Source: Phoronis australis (Eukaryota; Animalia; Phoronida). Taken from it: a DNA stretch of 64,000 nucleotides. Both the position numbers and the translations under genes were made by a program. Position 1 is the first letter of the stretch; the number at the start of each line of letters is the position of its first letter. Under the pieces are notes generated by a model, which saw only the letters and a program-made list of their open reading frames with translations, searched no databases and was not told where the DNA came from. The DNA is taken from contig NMRA01000800.1 in NCBI GenBank assembly GCA_002633005.1, forward strand, positions 1-64,000, in the 5' to 3' direction. Shown here piece after piece: positions 26,276-39,700 of this stretch.

Positions 26276-27931
26276 GAGTGGAATTGATGAAATGATTGCA
26301 AGACAATACTCTGCTTATCAAGCGACACCAAACTAAAAGACAAACGGGAAATTCTTCGGTTTTTAGGCACTTGCATTTATCCATTCATCCATAAAATCCA
26401 CTGTCGGGCATTTGGGCATATTTCATTCAACAAAAATCGCTGTCTGTACATCTTTGTTTGATGCAGGTAACATTTCACCTTAAAATGTTTTGGCTTAGAC
26501 CTAGATGTCAGGCTTTGTACCCTCATATCCCGCTTTCGATCCATTTGTTTCGTTTTTTCATTCTTGAACGTTGACCGTGACAGCTATGCAACAGGTGTCC
26601 AAAATAACATTGTCTCTTTTAATAAATATTGTTGTTTTCCAAAGTCCACTTTTTAGTACATTGCAATCATAAAAATTAAGTTTTGTTCCACTGTTTCTTG
26701 TTTACGATAGCCTACACTACATGCATCAGGATCAAAAACTTTTATTTTCCGTAAGAAATAGTTGATGTCTATACATTTCTGGAAAGACCTGCACTGTAAC
26801 TAGCGCGGTGACTTATCCACATTACATGTACATTTCAAAATTAAGTGAGGGTTGTTGCACACTTTCTATTGATTAGAAAACTTTTACTTCCAAATTTGAG
26901 ATAGAAGCTTGGAGTAGCTTTTCTTATTTTTGGTAAAATAAAACTCCTTAAAGATTGTAATTGTGTCAAACCGCACCGAAAGTCTAATAAATTATTATAT
27001 ACAGTGTATTAACATCAAATAATTTTGGATGAATGCGTGAATAAATTATCCATAATAAGTGTGAGAGATTCATATTTTTAATCCTTTGTCTTTATAGGGT
27101 AGAAATTTTTGAATCATGCGTAATGGTTTTACTGAACATTTTCATAAACAACCATTCGTATGAAGTTAAAATAACTTATTTAGTTAAACTTGCTGCTGTT
27201 ACTTTAACCGATCTAAATCCCACTGGATGCATGACAGCATTATGTCCTACAAGACATTTGGAACGGACAACTATGGATGATTCTTACTCTACTTTGATGA
27301 CAATAGACACCCCACTGTCAGGAGTTTAATTTCCAAATTCTTTTGTTGAATTTTATTTCATCGTTTCAATGGCAAAATTCAGTCGATTACAACACATTGC
27401 AACTACTGTCTCGTTGTTAAGAGGCCTCAACCTCTATTGGTTAAACTTCTTGGGGAACACAATTGGGCAACATGAATTACATGTAAGTGCATCACACTTT
27501 ACCAGTGTGATCTTAATATTTCCTCAGAAAGCAGTAAATTTCGAGAACAACGTGATTGATTTTTGCATATGTCTAGCAGACTACAGCGACAATTGGCAAC
27601 ATTCCCTCCAATAAAATCATAAAGCGCAACAGACATTGTTGGATGATGGCTATGATAAATTTAGCTTTACAGCCTGCGAACCAAGTATGTATTCTCAGAT
27701 GTAGAAACAATATTGTTTGTTTATTATGAATAAACTACCACATATATTGCATGTTTTTGCCAAGAATTTTCCTCATGCTTTGATGTTATTATGCTTGTCT
27801 TTTGCATCCTTGCTCGTCTTCGGAGGGCAAAATCGGAACATATCAGACTAAAATTGCCTTCAAATGGGTTTCTTTAATTATGTTACTCCATGCAATCGGA
27901 ATGTTAACTTGTCTTAATGTTCTTTTCACAG

Positions 27932-28030
27932 GACGGACGTACTCCACTTCATGCAGCAGCAGAACGTAGCGATGCAAGCAACGTAAAGGTACTGCTAGAG
28001 CATAATGCCAATGTGAACGCCCTGGATGAG
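27932..28030 (+). CDS. Ankyrin-repeat exon (99 bp, phase 0-0)
   Basis: ttttcacag|...|gtacag, translates DGRTPLHAAAERSDASNVKVLLEHNANVNALDE, a canonical 33-aa repeat. Confidence 0.88.
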
Positions 28031-28589
28031 GTACAGTAGTCATCGTGTGAAGTATAAATGGACATACGAAGCAATCTGTTGTCTTCTGAAATTGTGTTTA
28101 CTACAAATTTTGTCTTAACGTTGGATATTAAGGTTTTATCGAACCTTATATATTGACCTTCATTCTAACTCATATATCAGTAAAAGTATATTTTCTGAAA
28201 GAAAATTGTCAAAGATTGCAAAAATATGTTTTATGTTGATGTGCTATTATATTCATTATGTTAACATCATTCTCAATCAAAATTACAAGGAAGATCAATT
28301 CCATACCAAAATAACCTCTTGGAGAATTTCAATGAACTCCTTTTTAAATGAAGTTTTCAACCTCAAAATAGCTTGTAGAAATTTTTAGTTTACTCTGTTT
28401 GTTTTGTTTCTTTACCAAAGTTACTTGCAAAGCGTAAGATATTTTTGTAAAAAATTGAATTCGCTTTTGCCATACATGTACAGTTCGCAAAATGTAGTTG
28501 TTTAAAAACAGAATAGAAACAAAGTAAATGGCAGTATTAATAAAATAACGAAAACGGACACATTTATGAAACATGTGGTACGGATAATG

Positions 28590-28910
28590 GAAATTCTTTG
28601 CTGCATTACACTCACTTAAATCATAAGTAACAATTAACATGATTGTGACAGTCAAGCCCAATGTAAATTCGGAATATATATTTTGAAACTGGCATAATCA
28701 AAGAAATCAATTATGATTGATCTAAGGCCCCCTCAACATCTCAAGTCCGACACACCAAAACCCCCTCGATTCACGATGCCCGCGACCCCCAGCCCAAAAC
28801 TCCCTCGACCCAGTCTACGCAAACTCGACTTTATCTAAACATACAAGAAGCGCTGACTTGCAGGAGGAACGAGTCTGGCTGTGGCCTCGGCGTGCTTTTT
28901 CCTGTTTTTT
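28590..28910 (+). repeat. Dispersed repeat, copy 3 of 3
   Basis: Homologous to about 16990-17300. Confidence 0.65.
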
Positions 28911-29815
28911 AAACTGAGAGAAAAATAAACTGATTAGGTATGCAATATGAAAATTGATGAATTATTTTTTTTTATTTTTGCTTCTATTATAGTCATCAAG
29001 AAATTACAATTGGGTTTCTTGTGATATGGCAATTCGGTTGAAGAACGACAGAGTTACAAAAAGTTTTAAGGGCAGTAAATCCCATTGCACACAACGGAGC
29101 AAAGGAATGCAAACAACTCTATTAAAAGCGCAGCACAACCTCAGCGGCTGCAAGATGTGATTGGTATTCCAGGGAAAGATTTCCCTGTATTGCGTTAGCA
29201 CCAGTACGAGCGATTTGATTTTAACATTTAACTGCCTTTCCAACATTCAGTATTTTCCGTTAGTAAACAACCATTCGTATGAAGTTCAAAAATTACTTAT
29301 TTATCGTAATCTATTTTGCCCGGGGTACGCCACGAGCTATGTTGCAGAGTAAAACAAGAGGAGGATTGGGAATATTTGTCATTTATTATGACGTAATAGA
29401 TAAAACTAACTAAGACTCTGCAAGATGGGCATGCAGAAAACGCCATAGTGGCAGCACGGGAATGCTGACATCGCCCATCCGAGGTGCGAAACCCGGGCAA
29501 TAACAAGGTTAGACTATGATAAAATATAGGTACTAAACAGGATAACAGCAAATTAGAATACATAAGGCTAGAATATAAAAAACAAGAACATAACGAAATG
29601 GAAGTAAAGTTAACTAGAACTAATGACTAGAAATTGAAGCCTGCAACTACAGGCATTGGGCCACAGGCTGCAACAACAGACCTGCGAACGGGAGGAGGCC
29701 GGCTGCAACAACAGTCCTGACCTAGTGGGCTGAAACCACAGACCCAGAGGAGTGGGAGGGGCTGAAAAGCAAAGTGAGAGAAGTGGGGAGCTGCAACAAC
29801 AGGCTCACCAGGAGT

Positions 29816-30225
29816 TCAAGAAGCCTGGGGAAGAGGAAAAGCAGACATGCGAATGTAGTTTTTTAGTGCGTCAGATTTCCAGCGCCCCATGCGCTGGATC
29901 ACCGGTTCAGGGACGCCACGGCTGGCCGCAGAGGTGGCGGCGCCAATGCGAAAGCTATGAGACGTATAAGCCTTGGTGTCGAGTCCTACAAAGGAAACCA
30001 CTTTAGTTAACATGGAGTTGAAGCAGGAACGGGTAACCGGTGATCCACTGAGGTGTTGGAACAAGGGGCCAGGAGAGGGCTGAAAGGTAGACAAGTACAA
30101 GGTTAGGACAGCTAGTGGGCAATGGGGAGAGTGGCTGGACGGAATTGTAAGTGACACTGGTCCCGAGCTGTGCTTGAAGGTACGCAGAGTGATGAACACA
30201 GAATCGCCAGAGCGGGGGAAGACGA
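29816..30225 (-). pseudogene. Tyrosine recombinase, C-terminal fragment
   Basis: FKHS...CPL...PLF...HSFRIGAAT...GRWKSDALKNYIR retains catalytic H-x-x-R, W and Y. The N-terminus is deleted. Confidence 0.9.
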
Positions 30226-31395
30226 CGGCGCAGGAAGGCGCGGCCGGGCACGATGACGGAGCAGGCGAAGTTTAGTAGGCCAATGAGGGATTGCAGGTCA
30301 CGAAGAGTAACCTTGAGGCGCTTTTGGAAGTCGAGCAGGAGGTTGGAAGCTCTGTCCACCTTGTCCTGTGGGAGAGAAGCAGTCATGGTGGCAGAGTCAA
30401 GGTGGATGCCATAAATGGTGATGGAGGTGGTCGGTTGAATTGTCTTGTCGTGGTTGATAGGGATGCCTAGAGAGTCGCAGAGTGACATGAATGAGGCGAG
30501 GTTCCGGGAGCATGTTGGCGAGGATGGGGGGCCCACGAAAAAGAAGTCATCGATGTAGTGAGAAACGCCGGCGACCTTCAATTTGGTTTCCAGGATCCAT
30601 TGAATCGCAGAACTGACCTTTTCGAAGATGTTGCAGCTGGAGGCACAGCCAAATGGCAGGCACCTGTCGTAGTAGAAGTTGTTGGCCCAGGAGAGACCTA
30701 AGAAGTGGTAGTCGTCAGGGTGCACCGGTATGATGCGGAAAGCGTCATTGATGTCAGTCTTAGCCATGAGGGAGTGGCGCCCAAACCGTTGAACCAGGCG
30801 GATAGCGTCCGTGATGGATTGGTACTGGACTTGGGAGAATTCAGGGGGTATGAGGGAGTTAACTGAGTTAGAGTGACGGGATGGGTATGACAAGTTATGA
30901 ATGAGACGAAAACTGTTAGGGTGAGATTTAGGGATGAGGGCAAGGGGTGATGAAGAGAAAAGGGGGAAAGGGGGGGATGGGAAGGGACCAGCATANNNNN
31001 NNNNNNNNNNNNNNNNNNNNNNNNNNNNNNNNNNNNNNNNNNNNNNNNNNNNNNNNNNNNNNNNNNNNNNNNNNNNNNNNNNNNNNNNNNNNNNNNNNNN
31101 NNNNNNNNNNNNNNNNNNNNNNNNNNNNNNNNNNNNNNNNNNNNNNNNNNNNNNNNNNNNNNNNNNNNNNNNNNNNNNNNNNNNNNNNNNNNNNNNNNNN
31201 NNNNNNNAAGGTAACTTCGGGATTACGGAGAGCTGATGGGTGGTTGGTGGGGGGACTGGAGTGACATATCGGGGAGGCGCCGAATCTGAAACCAAAAGAG
31301 AAACCATTGATTAGCTCCGTAGTCGAGAGGGAGTCATAACCTGAAAGGAGAGGTTTAAGTTTGCTTACTTTTACGGGTGTTGGGATACCTGGCAT
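30226..31395 (-). pseudogene. DIRS/Ngaro reverse transcriptase (assembly gap inside, RNase H deleted)
   Basis: FRLIHNLS, KTDINDAFR, LPFGCASS, HYIDDFF, LQSLIGLLNFAC..GRAFLRR. Confidence 0.9.
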
Positions 31396-32180
31396 GTGGG
31401 TTGGTGGTTTTGGAGGTGCATGACCGCGCTGGGTGGTTCGCGCCGCAGAAGCCACAACGATGCTTGTATCGGCAGAGGGGAAGGTTGCAGGACTGGTCGT
31501 TGAACTTCCAGCAGATACCTGTGGGGAAAGAGTTGGTGTTTGGGGTGGGGGCACGGGGCCTCGAAAAAATGTGGAGGTGGATGAGCCCTGACAAAAGGAC
31601 TGACTGTTGGTTGGGTGGCGTTGGATCTTGTTGAACTTGAGTCAAACTTGGCGCCACAGGTCCCAGTGGATGTGGTCCCACTCGAAGGGGAAAGAAGACC
31701 GGAATTTCCTGAAATGGGTATCATAAAACAAGGCTGCAGAAAGGCCGTAGTGTGTGTTGCAGTCATGAACTATGGTCGAATACTTTAGGAGCTTAGGGGC
31801 ATCCTGTGGAAACTTCTGGACCAGGATGGACTGGAAAATATTGAAGGCCTGGGTCCACTGCAGAATGGATGAGATAGCCTTTGGACGTGCGGAGCTGTAA
31901 AAGACGGGAGTGTTACCGGTGAAGGAAATGGAGACAGAGGGAGTGGAGGAGGCGGATGGCTCACCTGAAAGGAGAGAAGAAAAGTCAATGAACTCGTTGT
32001 TGAAGATGCGTTGACGAGTTTTGGAGTCGACATGAAACCCCAGAGGCAATGACACATACAAATTATTCGAAGAAGGGTCAATACCCGAAAAAGACGGAGT
32101 GGTAGTCACATTGGAGGCTGAAGGTGGGGCAGTGAACGTCGGCTGGGAGGGGTAGATCGGAGGTGACAGGTCCAGCTGCT
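31355..32180 (-). pseudogene. Ngaro gag-like ORF1, C-terminal part, disrupted
   Basis: RIFNNEFIDFSSLL, W..AF.IF, YDTHFR and CWKFN...C...CRYKHRCGFCGANHPARSC, with a stop and frame change near 31640. Confidence 0.8.
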
Positions 32181-32442
32181 GCATTTAACAAGTTAAATTT
32201 AATTTATAGCAGTAAAACTGTTTTTTCGGGAACGACGCCTCGGATTTATGTTTTAGGTAACACAAATGAACGAACCTAAACAAATTTGGCGTTGTACATG
32301 CAAATTTACTCAACCAGCAGACTGCACTCCAACAGTGAAATACGGCCCCTACCGTTGTATACGGATTTGTTTTGCTTTCCCGTATTTCACACCACAATTT
32401 CTGGTTTATTGAATGTCCGTATTTATACGTATATCAAGGCCT

Positions 32443-32745
32443 ACAGGGGCAGATCGAGGATTTTGAGTTGAGGGGGTGTGAAGGGCAGAGTATTAGGCAA
32501 GGTTTCGCCCGTCAGACGTTCGCACCCCCGAACTGACAAATGTATCTGGGAGAACTTTAGGGGGGCATGACCCCCTTGGCCCCAATCTAAATCCGCCTCT
32601 GACAGGGGCGGATCCACGATTTTGAATGGGGGGGGAGGGCAGGGCAGAGGATTAGCCGGGATTTTGCCCGCCAGACATTCGCACTCCCGAACTGCCAAAT
32701 GGAATGTGGGAGAATTTATAGGGGGGCCTTTAAAATAGCCACTGG
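32443..32745. mobile_element. Two tandem hAT-like MITEs
   Basis: CAGGGGCAGATC...AATCCGCCTCTG is followed by a related CAGGGGCGGATC... unit. Confidence 0.5.
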
Positions 32746-32858
32746 TGTATTCACTGTTGACTAAATGACGGAGTAGAGCAAGTGCAATTAGCTAAATCCG
32801 TAGTTGTTCATGATGGGAAGAAAATGTAGACTGCTCAATTCCTCTGAAAGCTTTCATT

Positions 32859-35371
32859 AGGCCTTGATACGTAAAATGTAACAATTTCGTAAAATATAAC
32901 AAGTGTTATATTTCATATCATTGTTACATTTTTCGTTGATAGGCCTCTCTCTAAAATGTAACGAGTTGTTAATTTTATGCAATTGTTACAATTTACGTCG
33001 AATTAACATGCGAGAAAAGTACGATCGTTACATTTTACGAAAGCGACGTCGTATTTCAAGTGTTTGAATGGTATTTGTCACACGGAGGAAAATCGTTCAC
33101 ACACTTAACGCCTTCTTTCTCGGATTGTGTGAATGAAATTCTATCAAATGTGCCAGGTCGAATTTTTAGATGTATCTCTATGTGCTTTCTGTGGTTTTTT
33201 AACAGGAGTTGTTTGATGGTATAGTCCAAAATGTACAGCGTAATGTTTCAATTCCACACGAAAGGAGTTTCCAGGATCAGGTGATTCTCTTAGGTCATAA
33301 CCCAATTGTGTATCAGGCAAACTTCCCTTGTTCAGCACAACAATGACATCGTGTTTGGCTAATATTTATCACATTTCTTCGAGAACAAACGACAAAAACA
33401 ATTTTCACGATAATTCAATTTTGGAAGCCAATTTGATAGAAAATAGATCAGTTTTAGTCAACGATAGTTTATTTCGGCCATTGTTTTATTGTCTTGGAGT
33501 CATTGCTAATGCAGTAATTGCCCTGCTTCACACAAATGGATCAAAACCAAAGTTGCTGATACCCACGGGTTCTGTCTACCACCTAAGTTACGAATGACAC
33601 ATTCTTAGACATATTGTGGTGGAAGAAGAGCACGTATTTATTTGCCGGCAGGTTGACTGGCTTTGCCAAAGCAACAGCAAAATATCGCCTTTGAGCACGG
33701 CGACCCAATCTAGTGTAAAAAGTGGCGGCATAGTAACGTGTGTTCTACAGCTGAAAGAAAGTTCCTATGTTGTCTAACCTGCCTGAAATAGTGGTGGTAA
33801 CAACAGATGAAAGCGTGACGTGTATACGTAAAATGTGATGCCTAGCTGGGGAAATAGAAAATATTTTACACTCTGAAAGGACATAATCAGTTTGCTCAAA
33901 CCTGGTCCAGGTCGATAATTTAAAGGAACAGTAGTCCAAAGAAGCTGACTGTCGGCCTTTAGGACTATAAAAACGTGCACTTTCTCTTTCTGTTATCTTT
34001 TAAGATAAAATATGAATTAAACTTGCTATTTGGTCAATGTTCGTCGGTTCGAAGTGCATATAAATGAAGACAAAAATTGGACATTCTATTATTAATGGTG
34101 TGAAGCCACTTGTCTGATGAGACGCCATTTCTGTGTTTCGCAGCTCGCAGATAAGGGTATTTGGTATATTAAACTTTTGATACAGTGCATTAATTGCTCA
34201 TATTAAACATCACTGACTTTGACTTTGGCCGTTTTTGTTCCATACAATCCACTTTCATCGAAACCTAGTTCAAATGACTCTGTTAAATCACTGTGGTTTT
34301 CCAAGAATTAGGGTGCCCGTTCCACATAAAATTGTTGCGCGTTTTGTATGTCTGTTACCAGCTACTCTAATGACCCGGTGACCAAACCCGACTAGTCGTT
34401 AGTTTTCGAAAAATGTCTGCCTCCACAGTTCGACTGAACGCAAGTTTTGAACCTACACATAATCGTGGAACGATACCCAATTCTTCTTCAAGGAATTTTT
34501 TCAACGAGAGACAAAAATGATTGCACGGTGGCTATCCTCACGTGAGTGCTTTTATTTCCGTCCACCACAATGTTTTTAAGAAATTGTCAGTCGTAACTTA
34601 GGTGGTAGACAGAACTCTTCGGCATCAGAAATTTGGTTTTGCTCCTTTTGTGTGGAACAGGGCAATTGCTGCATTAGCGATGATTCCAAGGCAATAAAAC
34701 ACTAGCCAAAATAAACCAAAATATTGTGGACTAAAACTGGCTTCCAAAATTGAATTCTCCATGAAAATTTTTGTTATTGTCGTTTGCTCCCGAAGAAATA
34801 TTATAAATATTAGCAAAGTACGATGTATTTGTTGTGCTTACCAAGGGAAGTATGTTCACTGTAATGCCGGATACACAATTGGTTTATGACCTGTGACCGT
34901 CAAGGTTTTTATTAACGTTTGAACAAGAGAAAACTTGTTACCTGATCCTGGAAACTCCCCTTGTGTAGAGTTGAAACTGTACGCTGTATATTTTTGAATA
35001 TACCATAAAGCTACTCATGTTAAAATAAACACGGAAAGCACATAGGGACACATCTACAAAATCGACCTGGCACATTTGCTCATAGAATTTCATTTACACA
35101 ATCCGTGATAGAAGGCGTTAAGTGTGTGAACAGTTTTCCTCTGCGTAACAATTAACATGCAAACTCATGAAATATGACGTCGCTTTCGTAAAATGTAACA
35201 CTAGTACATTTCTCGCATGAGCATTCTACGTAACTTGCAACAATCAAATAAAATGTAACAACTTGTTACATTTTAGAAGAAACTTAGCAACGTAAAATGT
35301 ATACAATGACGTAAAATGTACCAGTTGTTACATTTTACGAAACTGTTACGTTTTGCGGGGTATGGAGACCT
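32859..35371. mobile_element. Foldback-type non-autonomous DNA transposon with about 780-bp inverted arms
   Basis: 32859-33640 is the diverged reverse complement of 34545-35371. AAAATGTAAC motifs are iterated at both ends. Confidence 0.8.
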
Positions 35372-36745
35372 TCTTGTTTCCAGATCCGAAAATTCGCTAA
35401 AATTTCTGAACCAGGGAAGGGAAAATTTCTAATGCTATAATTTGATATCTTGAACCTCAAGCATACTTTATCTGTTAAGAGTGACTCCATATAAAAACCA
35501 ACAGGTAGAGTCTATACCCATAATCACTGATTTTTTTGAAACTTAGCACATGAGTTTGGTTTGTTGAGATATAGAAAAACCTCACTTTTTAAGAATTTTC
35601 ATTCATTATTTTTCTTTTTATGACCTGTGCCTCCATTTTGCAACAAAATTGGGCGTCGAAGTAGGCATGTTTGAATGAATTTTACTATCATGTGTGGTAA
35701 GGTCAAAACAAGTGAATAATACGAATTGAAAGGGCAATGACGGAATAATTTAATGACATAACTTTCAAATCCATTTTTAAATTTGTACGTTTTGAATTTG
35801 TGAGGCAAAAACGGCTATTTTTCAGGTTTTCACTGAAGCCATTTTCGGTCAAATTTGTTACTCTGTAGCAGCCATAACGCACCTTTCCTGAAATTGACTT
35901 TAAAATAATTTGTTCAGTCATTCCTAACCTGTTCATAATCTAAAATAAAAAAATCTTGCCTCTAATGTAGTTTTTGCGTACGAAGCATTACACGAACTGC
36001 ACTTCGTCCTTTTGCATGTTCTCAGTTGCCTCTGCTGCCAATAGGGGGCTCTTGGAACATATAATTAGCTTGCGAAACACGACATAAAAACCTTGTATTT
36101 TGGAGAAAAGGCAGACAGCATTATTACATGTAATTAACATTCTCTGAAAACGGCATTGATTATTATTGCTCATTACAAAAATATGTAAGTAAATCAACTG
36201 GCATGCGTGCTTATAAATGACAGATGGCGCTGCTTTTGTTTACGTGGAGACTGAAGAGCATCTAGAATAAGAGCAGTAACACGAGGACCTTGCTATAATT
36301 CAAGGCTTCGCGAGATATTGTCCTGCATTTTAAATCAGAACATATGGTTTTGGATAAATTTAAGAGAGGTTCTAGCGTTACTGAACTCACCCCTGCCTTG
36401 TTTTCTATCTGCCTTATTCGTTCCACAAGTAAAGGAAGGCACCCAAGGTGGATATGACCCCCTAGTGTTCAGTGCAAAAAATCCTTCAACTTGTCAATAG
36501 TCATTGTAACTTTGGGTTCATATTGTAATGTCCCTGCTGGTTGCTACAAATTTTAGTCGCCACCAGTCGCCAGAAATCTGGTGTTCCCCCACACATCGGG
36601 CACCTTAAGATGACGCTGAATACTTCTGCCAATGTGATCATCAGTGGTATAAAAAGGTACACATTCACAGTCAATAAAAAATAATTCACGAGAGACAATT
36701 TTATTAATGACTCATTCATGACAGACATGAAGTAAACAGAAGTAA

Positions 36746-39700
36746 TAGACCGGCAGCCCAGAGCACTTAGCATAGATGAACGAGGTACCAACATCTGACC
36801 ACGGGAGCATTTAAAGTCCACCTCAGTATGTACAGAAATGGACGTCTGCCGTTGTCTGCACTCTGGTTGTGACCCCTGGGGGCCTTACAAACACCCCAAA
36901 AGATGAGCTAGACTAGATATTCGAGGTACCAACCAAAACTGATTTTAAACGAATAATAGTACCGCACTGAACACCGAAAGACACATGACAGACAAATTGC
37001 ACTCTGGAATGGGTCCGGCAGAAACCAAAAAAGTACCCCCCAAAAATGAGCTAGCACATACATTCGAGGTACCACACAAAACCAATTCCATATGATTCAA
37101 TACATGTCACAGATCACTAAAACCCCTATGACAGACAAATTACACTCTGGGTTGTGCCCGGCAGAAACCCCCAAAAATCTCAACCATGGTATGCCATCAA
37201 AAATTTGAGCTTAACTAGATTTTCGAGGTACCGGCCAAAACTGATTTTAAACGAACAATAGTACCGCACTGAACACCAAATGACCCATGACAGACAAATT
37301 NNNNNNNNNNNNNNNNNNNNNNNNNNNNNNNNNNNNNNNNNNNNNNNNNNNNNNNNNNNNNNNNNNNNNNNNNNNNNNNNNNNNNNNNNNNNNNNNNNNN
37401 NNNNNNNNNNNNNNNNNNNNNNNNNNNNNNNNNNNNNNNNNNNNNNNNNNNNNNNNNNNNNNNNNNNNNNNNNNNNNNNNNNNNNNNNNNNNNNNNNNNN
37501 NNNNNNNNNNNNNNNNNNNNNNNNNNNNNNNNNNNNNNNNNNNNNNNNNNNNNNNNNNNNNNNNNNNNNNNNNNNNNNNNNNNNNNNNNNNNNNNNNNNN
37601 NNNNNNNNNNNNNNNNNNNNNNNNNNNNNNNNNNNNNNNNNNNNNNNNNNNNNNNNNNNNNNNNNNNNNNNNNNNNNNNNNNNNNNNNNNNNNNNNNNNN
37701 NNNNNNNNNNNNNNNNNNNNNNNNNNNNNNNNNNNNNNNNNNNNNNNNNNNNNNNNNNNNNNNNNNNNNNNNNNNNNNNNNNNNNNNNNNNNNNNNNNNN
37801 NNNNNNNNNNNNNNNNNNNNNNNNNNNNNNNNNNNNNNNNNNNNNNNNNNNNNNNNNNNNNNNNNNNNNNNNNNNNNNNNNNNNNNNNNNNNNNNNNNNN
37901 NNNNNNNNNNNNNNNNNNNNNNNNNNNNNNNNNNNNNNNNNNNNNNNNNNNNNNNNNNNNNNNNNNNNNNNNNNNNNNNNNNNNNNNNNNNNNNNNNNNN
38001 NNNNNNNNNNNNNNNNNNNNNNNNNNNNNNNNNNNNNNNNCCAGAGTGTAATTTGTCTGTCATAGGGTATTTAGTGATCTGTGACATGTATTGAATCATA
38101 TGGAATTGGTTTTGTGTGGTACTTCGAATGTATGTGCTAGCTCATTTTTGGGGGGTCCTTTTTGGTTTCTGCCGGACCCATTCCAGAGTGCAATTTGTCT
38201 GTCATGGGTCATTTGGTGTTCAGTGCGGCACTATTGTTCGTTTAAAATCAGTTTTGGCCGGTACCTCGAAAATCTAGTCTAGCTCCCATTTTTGATGGCA
38301 TACCATGGTTGAGATTTTTGGGGGTTTCTGCCGGGCACAACCCAGAGTGTATTTTTTCTGTCATAGGGGTTTTCGTGATCTGTGACATGCATTGAATCAC
38401 ATGGAATTGGTTTTGTGTGGTACCTCGAATGTATGTATATGTCAGTTGCTACAGCTACTACAGGTCCAGCCTCAGTGACCCCAGCTCAACGTGGACTGAA
38501 AACTTGTGCATCATGAATATTAAACAAATGAAAGACATTTCAAAAGCTTTAGCTCAGAGAAACTACAAAGTTTGTACAAATACAGAACATCCTATAGTTA
38601 ACAATCTATGTAACATTACATCTTGAACAAATTGGCAGCCGTTGCATTTTACGCAGATTTTCATGTGGTAATTATTTGTCTAATGATGCAAAATAAGATG
38701 TGACATCAACCATTGAACAAAATTCCAGTTTGTTCTTAGCTTGTAGCTAAGCGAAATATTTGAGATACAAGATGGGATAAATATACCTTTCCGTAATTGG
38801 TGAAAAAATCTCCTAAATTTCAGAGAAAAATAAATGCAATAATCAGAAAAAGTGGTAGAAAGAGAGTGATGAGCCTTTAAGAGAAGAAGAAATCCGAAAA
38901 TCGCAATGAAATTCCTTGGCACGTTGATGAGATTTGAATGGGAATGACGGGGTGTCATAAAAACAATGAATTTGCTATCATCAAAAGCTGAGTGTGCATC
39001 AGCTGCATAATGAATCCTGTGGATACCACCCAAATCTGTAGACATTGTCTCCATCGTGGTACTTATTGAAGCTATCTCCTGCAACATCCTCCCGACCAAA
39101 CTCTTCATCTCCAAATCCGACATCGCTAATATCCACCCCATCTGGGATACTTTCTGGACTGCAATAAGAAAAACCGTGATGATCTTGCCCAGTAGAATTT
39201 CAAAAAAGGACACAACACCTTGACTCTATAACGCAGTTGAATTATTAAATAACAGGTCTTATATTTTGTGCACTGGAGAAAAGATTAATCCACCCCACCG
39301 TGCTTTCATTAGCGAGTTTTCAGGACCTGATAGTTACTAGAGTGAAAGGATTTCTGTCCAGTCAGGGCCTCAAACCCGAGATTCCTTGCTGACCATACAA
39401 ACTCTCTAGAACACCAAACTATTAGGACCATGTAAGTGAAAGATATATTTCCCCTATATACATTAACACCGTAGAAAGTAGACAATAATTATCTATTTTT
39501 TATAAAAAAATGGATAACTGATAATTTAAATGTATGTACCCAATTGCTATGTTGCATTTAAAGTCATCGTCCATGTCATCGCATGCTGTGTCCTCAGCAA
39601 CATCATTCCAGAGCACACATGTATGAGTTGTTGTAAAATGAAATACCACCACAAATTTTATGGATTGTGAATGCTACTTATAAAACCTCTTTAAAATCTG

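Larger units (their letters stand above)
29299..32204 (-). mobile_element. Ngaro/DIRS-type tyrosine-recombinase retrotransposon, copy A (3' part, two internal deletions)
   Basis: Contains the gag C-half with CCCH/CCHC fingers, DIRS-type RT, the YR C-terminus and AATAAA near 29385 (minus). Its right terminus is shared with copy B. Confidence 0.9.

Noticed and set aside
37215-38099. Long ORFs of 254-294 aa
   Set aside because: They consist almost entirely of N-gap translation.
38680-39213. 177-aa minus-strand ORF with DDSKFIVF, reminiscent of transposase linkers
   Set aside because: Only one short motif, no catalytic residues, and apparently mixed frames.
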